9,533 nt of DNA, from IMG/VR virus record IMGVR_UViG_3300017469_000064, positions 1 through 9,533 of that record; one strand, given 5' to 3'. Positions 1-6,579 of this stretch are shown here, piece after piece (the first letter of the stretch is position 1; each line of letters begins with the position of its first letter). Position numbers and translations under genes: made by a program. The notes beneath the pieces were generated by a model, which saw nothing but the letters and a program-made list of their open reading frames with translations, did no database searches and was not told the DNA's origin.

Positions 1-99
1 GGGAGTGCCGTCTACTCAGTTACCACAGCGTAATGTCGCACAGTCTAGCATAAGTGACATACAGACACCTCAGACACAACAGCTGACTCCTTCACAAAT
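1..99 (+). repeat. Exact 99-nt direct copy of 2076-2174 (also 2963-3061); mirrored at 9435-9533
   Basis: GGGAGTGCCG...CCTTCACAAAT matches 2076-2174 and diverges at position 100 (G vs C at 2175). Confidence 0.95.
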
Positions 100-165
100 G
101 CTGATATAATCGGTGAACCAGCCATGAGCAACGCTTTATAAAACATACCTTTAGCACTGTTGCCA
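93..165 (-). repeat. 73-nt inverted copy of 1905-1977, joined to 1-99 through the 7-nt overlap CACAAAT; mirrored at 9369-9441
   Basis: CACAAATGCTGATATAATC...GCACTGTTGCCA is the reverse complement of TGGCAACAGTGC...GCATTTGTG (1905-1977). Confidence 0.95.
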
Positions 166-210
166 TCAGGAGAAAACTTCATACTTGAGGTGACCGTAAG
201 TGAAAGTTAA
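166..210 (+). pseudogene. Probable 3' remnant of the upstream gene (...[14 protein letters not shown]), cut off by the chimeric junction at about 165; mirror 9324-9368
   Basis: Open frame to TAA at 208-210, overlapping the GTG at 200. It ends in an alternating hydrophobic beta-strand pattern like its neighbours ([26 protein letters not shown]). Very short, so support is weak. Confidence 0.4.
187..193 (+). promoter_or_regulatory. Shine-Dalgarno GAGGTGA (archaeal type) 6 nt upstream of GTG 200; mirror 9341-9347
   Basis: GAGGTGA is complementary to the 16S 3' end (UCACCUC) and is correctly spaced from the start codon. Confidence 0.75.
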
Positions 211-1177
211 AGTTAACAGTCATTTTAGTATTAGTATCGGGGATGTTAAGGGGGTACCGCCTAAACGTAAGCATAACACTTTGTCAGCTGAGTATAAGTA
301 TTTATTGCAAGGGTTACTTACAGTAGGTCAGTCATACAAAGCACCATATAGTGGTTATACGGTTTCATTTACACCACCGTCAAATATGTATTTCGTACTT
401 GTCAACAACGGTGTTGCAGTAGCACGTATACCAGCAAAACTTATATCGTATAACGAACAGTTCAGTACTGTTAATACGTCTACGTGTCAAAATAACTTGA
501 TATCATGTAACTTGAACAATATGACGTTTACACTAGAGTATAGTGCGACGGACGAAACGAATGATACCTATACGTTTGACGAGGTACAGTTATGGGCTGA
601 CAATGAGTATATGATTGCGTATGCTGTAGTAGGTACTACTACGAAGAACGCAAATACATTTATACGTGTGTCATGGGACGCTGTGGTCACAATTGACTCG
701 GATAACGTATTGTACATACCTGGTTGTACTAACTTTTCGTTTACGTTTAACTTCCAATTACAGCTTAATAACTACCAGCCCCTACTTTGTTTGAACATAC
801 CGTATATCATAGTCGCACTTACATTAATACCGTATAACGTAATGCCACAAAATACGTTCCTCTATACTCAACTATCTACGTTATTACAGATACTTAACAT
901 ACATACGTCAACTGGTAGTTCTAATGTATTGCCTACACAACAACTACAACTACAAGGTGTACAGTACTACGTAGTAGCTGGTATAAATGGTAATACGGCA
1001 TATCCCATATCACAACCGTATATCCTTACTAATACACAACAGTCGCCTACAATTTCGTTATTTCTGTTATACGGCATAAATAACAACTACTTTATATACA
1101 CTACGTCATTATCCGTCACCGTGCAATATTTTAAGCTATATATACCGACACTTGTAATTAATGTAATAGAAGAGTAA
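200..1177 (+). CDS. 325-aa hypothetical protein, probable archaeal-virus virion/tail structural protein (beta-rich, tail-fibre-N-terminal-like motif)
   Basis: Long ORF with GTG start and a strong SD; stop overlaps the next start (TAATG). Rich in T/N/Y/S/L/I with few charges after the N-terminus. Shares a D-x-[TS]-x3-Y...[IL]...K...W motif with the genes at 3842 and 4664. Function is inferred. Confidence 0.85.
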   Translation: MKVKVNSHFSISIGDVKGVPPKRKHNTLSAEYKYLLQGLLTVGQSYKAPYSGYTVSFTPPSNMYFVLVNNGVAVARIPAKLISYNEQFSTVNTSTCQNNLISCNLNNMTFTLEYSATDETNDTYTFDEVQLWADNEYMIAYAVVGTTTKNANTFIRVSWDAVVTIDSDNVLYIPGCTNFSFTFNFQLQLNNYQPLLCLNIPYIIVALTLIPYNVMPQNTFLYTQLSTLLQILNIHTSTGSSNVLPTQQLQLQGVQYYVVAGINGNTAYPISQPYILTNTQQSPTISLFLLYGINNNYFIYTTSLSVTVQYFKLYIPTLVINVIEE

Positions 1178-3015
1178 TGTCATTTCTACTAAGCATTGGT
1201 CAAGCATTCTTTTCAGGATTATCAGCTATTACGAGTGGTGTAACGTCAGACATAACAAGTGTAGCTAATGGTATAAATACGTCAATCAATGTATTTGCAA
1301 AGTTCTTACAACAACTACCGTCAGAGCTTGCGACGTTTTTCGAGAGCATACCTGGTGCTTTAATAGGCTTTGCACAGGCATTTGGAACGTACCTATGGGA
1401 TGGTTTACAGCGTATTGCAAACGGTCTTACTACTATTATGGCTCCCGTCGAACGCGGACTTGAGACATTAGGGTCTACTATAATTAACGCACTGTCGACA
1501 ATATGGAATGACTTAAAGGCATTCGTAAGTGACATATATAATACTGTCACGTCGGCAATAAACGGTATAGTTTCGTTTGTCCAACCTTTTATAAATGACT
1601 TTAAGAATGCCCTTACAGCTTCGTATAACTTTCTGTTAAACGTAATGAATGACATATATAGTGCCTTCACCGTAATAGGTAACTTCTTTCTTGACTTGCC
1701 TACGTTCTTTGAAAACGCGTCTAACTACCTTAATTCGTTATTTACTGACCCTGGCAACCAACCTAACCTACTCACAATGGTTCCAAACCTAGTAGCAAGT
1801 GAGGTGTCGCGTATTGCTGGAGCTTTTCCTGACGTAGTAGCGTATAATACTTTCATGGAAATGATGCCTAAAATCGTGAGCGGTATAGCTAACTCTCCCT
1901 TCTTTGGCAACAGTGCTAAAGGTATGTTTTATAAAGCGTTGCTCATGGCTGGTTCACCGATTATATCAGCATTTGTGTCTATATTTACGAAGTCATTGTT
2001 ACAGTCGTTATTCCCAACTACTCAGACTAGTCAGACAGTACAAAGACCATCTCAACCACAAGTACAATCTCCTATGGGAGTGCCGTCTACTCAGTTACCA
2101 CAGCGTAATGTCGCACAGTCTAGCATAAGTGACATACAGACACCTCAGACACAACAGCTGACTCCTTCACAAATCGAAGTGCAACTTGAAAGACCTAATG
2201 TGACTGGAGTATTTGCCCAAGATATAATTGGGATGGGTACGCCAGGAGGTGGTACGGCTACATTGGTATCTGGTTATATCAACTTCCAGAACAGTATTAA
2301 ACAGTTCGAAGACACGTTTGACATCACGGCTAACTTCTTCATGAAGTTGATACAGTCGTTACAAACTGAGTTTACACAAGATATGACGGTTAATGTATCG
2401 GTGACGTTACTCGAAAACATATACCAGATGAGTCAGACGATTGAAATAGTACCGTCTGTCGACGCTACAGCTGTCATACTACCACCTAATATATCGTTCT
2501 GTAACCCGTCACAAGTACCGTCTCCTTCAGAGTCATCAAGTGTTACTCAAAATGAAATAGGTGTGACGGCTACTGTTGATGTTGCAGAACAGCTATGTAT
2601 ACCTCCGTATGACTTTTTGACTGACACACTAATAGAACAGTTCGGTGTAATATCTGGCATACTCAGCAACTTTTCCGACATCATAGCTGAAATAATTCAG
2701 TTCCAGTTCGGCATAAAATATCAAACTTCTTTGTCTGACGCAATTACTGAGGCTATTCAGTTCTTGTATGGTATACCGTTTAGTACTTCTTTGGCAACAG
2801 TGCTAAAGGTATGTTTTATAAAGCGTTGCTCATGGCTGGTTCACCGATTATATCAGCATTTGTGTCTATATTTACGAAGTCATTGTTACAGTCGTTATTC
2901 CCAACTACTCAGACTAGTCAGACAGTACAAAGACCATCTCAACCACAAGTACAATCTCCTATGGGAGTGCCGTCTACTCAGTTACCACAGCGTAATGTCG
3001 CACAGTCTAGCATAA
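1177..3015 (+). pseudogene. Frameshifted copy of the 592-aa gene: native to about 2793, then an out-of-frame tail ([14 protein letters not shown]...) created by the tandem duplication
   Basis: Identical to the 6579-8357 product up to ...GIPFSTSL. It then reads the alternative frame, which equals the spurious 1904-2128 ORF. Confidence 0.9.
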
Positions 3016-3680
3016 GTGACATACAGACACCTCAGACACAACAGCTGACTCCTTCACAAATCGAAGTGCAACTTGAAAGACCTAATGTGACTGGAGTATT
3101 TGCCCAAGATATAATTGGGATGGGTACGCCAGGAGGTGGTACGGCTACATTGGTATCTGGTTATATCAACTTCCAGAACAGTATTAAACAGTTCGAAGAC
3201 ACGTTTGACATCACGGCTAACTTCTTCATGAAGTTGATACAGTCGTTACAAACTGAGTTTACACAAGATATGACGGTTAATGTATCGGTGACGTTACTCG
3301 AAAACATATACCAGATGAGTCAGACGATTGAAATAGTACCGTCTGTCGACGCTACAGCTGTCATACTACCACCTAATATATCGTTCTGTAACCCGTCACA
3401 AGTACCGTCTCCTTCAGAGTCATCAAGTGTTACTCAAAATGAAATAGGTGTGACGGCTACTGTTGATGTTGCAGAACAGCTATGTATACCTCCGTATGAC
3501 TTTTTGACTGACACACTAATAGAACAGTTCGGTGTAATATCTGGCATACTCAGCAACTTTTCCGACATCATAGCTGAAATAATTCAGTTCCAGTTCGGCA
3601 TAAAATATCAAACTTCTTTGTCTGACGCAATTACTGAGGCTATTCAGTTCTTGTATGGTATACCGTTTAGTACTTCTTTG
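1899..3680 (+). repeat. 887-bp direct tandem duplication (1899-2785 and 2786-3672) bounded by the 8-bp microhomology CTTCTTTG
   Basis: CTTCTTTG occurs at 1899-1906, 2786-2793 and 3673-3680 at an exact spacing of 887. At 2794 the sequence resumes GCAACAGTGCTAAAGG as at 1907, instead of TCTGACAGTG as at 3681. 887 is not a multiple of 3, so the gene is frameshifted. Confidence 0.97.
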
Positions 3681-3842
3681 TCTGACAGTGTCTCACTTCA
3701 ATTACAATTCACGTCTACCGCACCTCCATCGGAGTCATACACATACTTTACACCAGTCGACGTAGCAGTGACCTACACGATAGAACAAGTTGGGACAGGT
3801 TCTTATAGCGGGACACTTAATTATTCAGTGAGTGGGTCGTAA
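2811..3842 (+). pseudogene. C-terminal 343 aa of the 592-aa protein (second duplication unit plus native 3' end); not an independent gene
   Basis: Identical to the last 343 residues of the 6579-8357 product. It starts at an internal Met just after the duplication junction. Confidence 0.88.
3504..3710 (+). repeat. Degenerate intragenic coding repeats of 54-60 bp ([18 protein letters not shown] / [20 protein letters not shown] / [20 protein letters not shown] / [11 protein letters not shown])
   Basis: ACTTCTTTGTCTGAC occurs at 3612-3626 and 3672-3686 (60 bp apart), ATTCAGTTC recurs at the same period, and the repeat is visible at protein level. Confidence 0.75.
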
Positions 3843-4480
3843 TGAGTAGCAATTTAGCATACTTGGTTTATGAGGCGATGACCTCAGGCATCAGTAGCGT
3901 GTCATTCTATTTCTTGGACACTAACAATAACAAACATGGGGCTAATGTGCTGGTACCTTTGACAAATACGTATTACTACTTTGATGATAGTGATGCTGTT
4001 TACACCGCGACCTCGTTTAATATTGCTGTTAATAACACCACTATCCTTACTGTCACGTTGAACAACGTGCAAAAGACGGCTAACACGACGTTGATAGTGG
4101 TGATAACGCTTAACATTAGTATAAACTTACCAGGAAACTTAGGTACGTTGGTGACGCAAGCTATACAGGGTTTGTTCGCCGGTTTAAGAATCAACCTAGG
4201 ATGTAGTGCTACGGCATACTACACAATAACGAACGAAGCTACTAACCAACAATCGACGGGGTCTGTCGGTTTGTCGTTTAGTCTTACCAGTGACAGTCAA
4301 TTTACAGCATCGGGGAGTATTTCGTACGGTCAGAATGAAGTCGTTTCAATTACACAGATTGTTATTTCATGCTCATATGCCGGAGTCCAGGAGAATATAC
4401 TGACATCAACACTTAACAGTAGTGAATGTACGAATTCATCGGGTTGTACGTTCACCGTAACCATAACCTTCACGTCATGA
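3842..4480 (+). CDS. 212-aa hypothetical protein, probable beta-rich virion/tail protein
   Basis: ATG overlaps the upstream TAA (TAATG). Very rich in T/S/N with almost no basic residues, four Cys and several N-x-S/T sequons. Shares a motif with the 200 and 4664 genes. Confidence 0.85.
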   Translation: MSSNLAYLVYEAMTSGISSVSFYFLDTNNNKHGANVLVPLTNTYYYFDDSDAVYTATSFNIAVNNTTILTVTLNNVQKTANTTLIVVITLNISINLPGNLGTLVTQAIQGLFAGLRINLGCSATAYYTITNEATNQQSTGSVGLSFSLTSDSQFTASGSISYGQNEVVSITQIVISCSYAGVQENILTSTLNSSECTNSSGCTFTVTITFTS

Positions 4481-4515
4481 CTATAAAACATATAACTCTC
4501 TTTTCCTTACTTTTA
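4481..4515 (+). promoter_or_regulatory. Intergenic AT-rich element: possible BRE/TATA (AAAACATATAAC, 4485-4496) for a leaderless transcript at ATG 4519, followed by a pyrimidine tract (CTCTCTTTTCCTTACTTTT) that could terminate the upstream operon; mirror 5906-5940
   Basis: This is the only sizeable intergenic gap if the small gene starts at 4519. The TATA-like box is centred about 26-27 nt before an ATG that has no SD, as in Sulfolobales leaderless genes. The match to consensus is imperfect. Confidence 0.45.
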
Positions 4516-4518
4516 GAT

Positions 4519-4662
4519 ATGAAAAAGAAGTTGGATGCTAAAGTCAAGGCAGACGTAAAAGTTTACCTCATCCCCAAAGACCAGCTCCAGTTCGATGAAA
4601 ACGGAAAACCGAAACTTGATGATAGATACCTGGTTTTTCAGAGTAAGAAGAAAGGTGATTGA
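4519..4662 (+). CDS. 47-aa small Lys/Asp-rich hypothetical protein ([20 protein letters not shown]...); alternative start at 4477 (ATGA overlap, 61 aa)
   Basis: Fills the gap between two genes, has a protein-like composition and carries the SD of the next gene in its 3' end. The track's 4426 start overlaps the upstream gene and is unlikely. Confidence 0.7.
   Translation: MKKKLDAKVKADVKVYLIPKDQLQFDENGKPKLDDRYLVFQSKKKGD
4653..4659 (+). promoter_or_regulatory. Shine-Dalgarno AGGTGAT upstream of ATG 4664; mirror 5762-5768
   Basis: AAAGGTGATTGAAATG supports 4664 rather than 4595 as the true start. Confidence 0.75.
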
Positions 4663-4663
4663 A

Positions 4664-5494
4664 ATGGTTCAAAAGCTTGTGCTTAGGAATGAGGTCGTAA
4701 AAGTCAAGGGTCGTGTTAAGGCAATTACTATTAAGAAAGAGGAATTCGATAAATTCTTACAGATAAGAAAGCTTAAGATTCTAGACAAGGAATATGAGGC
4801 TCTAATGCCACCATTAGATGATTTACAAAAGAATACTATAGACATTAATGGTTTAGCGACGATGGTACAACAGTTTATAAGTATAATAACTACTAATAAT
4901 GGTAATACAAATCGGACGACTCCAGCTGAAATGGTTCTCACAACTTCAGGAGGCAATATGACCCTCTCCTATACTAATGGTATTAGTCTTAACTCCCAAG
5001 GTGTCACAGTATATATACAAATCCTTCAACAAAATAATAGTTATACATTTCAATACTATTATGTGGGTTTTGATACTACGAATAGTGCATATTCTACAAC
5101 ACAGCTAGAGTTATATGCATCAGCTTATCTGGTAGATAATAAGGGCTCCTGTGGAGGTGGCACATTTACTTTTTATACTAATACAGTACGTATTGCTTAT
5201 ACAAGTGCTAGTTTTACGAAAACTAGTGATTCTTATCTTTTTATAGTATGGATGATTGAGTTCCAAAATATACCTCCATATCTATTACCTTTTACTCCCA
5301 CGTTACAAAATAATATAAATATTAACTTATATGTGGTTTGTGGTAATCCAAATCTTGGCGTTGTCTATTTCAATAGTGGTAACTGTAATTTTTCATGTGG
5401 AGGTAATTGTCCTTCGAGTGGTTTAGGCGGGTTTATAACATATATTCAGAATAATAGCGTCATATTGGAGTTCCCTGTTACGGCTCCATTAAAT
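4664..5494 (+). CDS. Hypothetical tail-fibre/receptor-binding-like protein, 3'-truncated at the fold-back junction (277 codons to 5494; the ORF runs on to 5752 in antisense of its own 5' end)
   Basis: SD-supported start MVQKLVLRNE..., a charged N-terminus, then a region rich in T/N/Y/G with five Cys. From ...PLNAGVVRFVLP the translation equals the antisense ORF 4669-4956, so the C-terminus is chimeric. Confidence 0.8.
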
Positions 5495-5757
5495 GCTGGA
5501 GTCGTCCGATTTGTATTACCATTATTAGTAGTTATTATACTTATAAACTGTTGTACCATCGTCGCTAAACCATTAATGTCTATAGTATTCTTTTGTAAAT
5601 CATCTAATGGTGGCATTAGAGCCTCATATTCCTTGTCTAGAATCTTAAGCTTTCTTATCTGTAAGAATTTATCGAATTCCTCTTTCTTAATAGTAATTGC
5701 CTTAACACGACCCTTGACTTTTACGACCTCATTCCTAAGCACAAGCTTTTGAACCAT
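5495..5757 (-). pseudogene. Mirror copy of the 5' ~88 codons of the 4664 gene, truncated at the inversion junction (the ORF reads on to 5446 in antisense loop sequence)
   Basis: Identical translation up to ...NTNRTTPA, then diverges (FNGAVTGNSNMTLLF*). Confidence 0.85.
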
Positions 5758-5758
5758 T

Positions 5759-5902
5759 TCAATCACCTTTCTTCTTACTCTGAAAAACCAGGTATCTATC
5801 ATCAAGTTTCGGTTTTCCGTTTTCATCGAACTGGAGCTGGTCTTTGGGGATGAGGTAAACTTTTACGTCTGCCTTGACTTTAGCATCCAACTTCTTTTTC
5901 AT
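5759..5902 (-). CDS. Mirror copy of the 47-aa small protein
   Basis: Reverse complement of 4519-4662. Confidence 0.7.
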   Translation of the reverse strand: MKKKLDAKVKADVKVYLIPKDQLQFDENGKPKLDDRYLVFQSKKKGD

Positions 5903-5940
5903 ATCTAAAAGTAAGGAAAAGAGAGTTATATGTTTTATAG

Positions 5941-6579
5941 TCATGACGTGAAGGTTATGGTTACGGTGAACGTACAACCCGATGAATTCGTACATTCACT
6001 ACTGTTAAGTGTTGATGTCAGTATATTCTCCTGGACTCCGGCATATGAGCATGAAATAACAATCTGTGTAATTGAAACGACTTCATTCTGACCGTACGAA
6101 ATACTCCCCGATGCTGTAAATTGACTGTCACTGGTAAGACTAAACGACAAACCGACAGACCCCGTCGATTGTTGGTTAGTAGCTTCGTTCGTTATTGTGT
6201 AGTATGCCGTAGCACTACATCCTAGGTTGATTCTTAAACCGGCGAACAAACCCTGTATAGCTTGCGTCACCAACGTACCTAAGTTTCCTGGTAAGTTTAT
6301 ACTAATGTTAAGCGTTATCACCACTATCAACGTCGTGTTAGCCGTCTTTTGCACGTTGTTCAACGTGACAGTAAGGATAGTGGTGTTATTAACAGCAATA
6401 TTAAACGAGGTCGCGGTGTAAACAGCATCACTATCATCAAAGTAGTAATACGTATTTGTCAAAGGTACCAGCACATTAGCCCCATGTTTGTTATTGTTAG
6501 TGTCCAAGAAATAGAATGACACGCTACTGATGCCTGAGGTCATCGCCTCATAAACCAAGTATGCTAAATTGCTACTCAT
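5941..6579 (-). CDS. Mirror copy of the 212-aa probable virion/tail protein
   Basis: Translation identical to 3842-4480. Confidence 0.85.
   Translation of the reverse strand: MSSNLAYLVYEAMTSGISSVSFYFLDTNNNKHGANVLVPLTNTYYYFDDSDAVYTATSFNIAVNNTTILTVTLNNVQKTANTTLIVVITLNISINLPGNLGTLVTQAIQGLFAGLRINLGCSATAYYTITNEATNQQSTGSVGLSFSLTSDSQFTASGSISYGQNEVVSITQIVISCSYAGVQENILTSTLNSSECTNSSGCTFTVTITFTS

Larger units (their letters stand above)
1..4926 (+). repeat. Left arm of giant inverted repeat (pairs with 5495-9533); contains an extra 887-bp tandem duplication
   Basis: Mirror ORFs have identical translations. Coordinates pair as i<->9534-i outside the duplication (200-1177 vs 8357-9334) and i<->10421-i after it (3842-4480 vs 5941-6579). 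The inner end ATCGGACGACTCCAGC (4911-4926) is the reverse complement of GCTGGAGTCGTCCGAT (5495-5510), and pairing fails at 4927/5494. Confidence 0.98.

Noticed and set aside
1200-1910. Antisense ORFs 1200-1670 and 1725-1910 (mirrors 7864-8334 and 7624-7809)
   Set aside because: They lie wholly opposite the 592-aa gene and have no SD or recognisable features, so they are treated as shadow ORFs.
1904-2128. 74-aa alternative-frame ORF (mirror 7406-7630)
   Set aside because: It is out of frame inside the 592-aa gene with atypical composition. It matters only as the frameshifted tail of the chimeric 612-aa ORF.
1899-3680. Diversity-generating retroelement template/variable repeat pair
   Set aside because: The copies give identical translations with no adenine-specific differences noticed, and there is no reverse transcriptase.
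3560-3700. CRISPR-like array (repeat with about 60-bp period)
   Set aside because: There are only two exact 15-nt copies, they are in frame within a CDS, and the intervening sequences are themselves similar, so this is a coding repeat.
4595-4663. Upstream start at 4595 for the last gene, and 4426 for the small gene
   Set aside because: Both overlap the preceding genes extensively. The SD supports 4664, and 4519 or 4477 fits the small gene better.
4000-4956. Antisense ORFs 4000-4194 (mirror 6227-6421) and 4669-4956
   Set aside because: They are shadows of the 212-aa and 4664 genes. The second merely explains why the chimeric ORF stays open to 5752.
4927-5494. Invertible tail-fibre cassette (Gin/Cin or shufflon-type phase variation) between inverted repeats
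   Set aside because: No recombinase is present, the repeats are whole 4-kb arms rather than short crossover sites, the junctions share no consensus, and the opposite orientation encodes only 15 residues before a stop.
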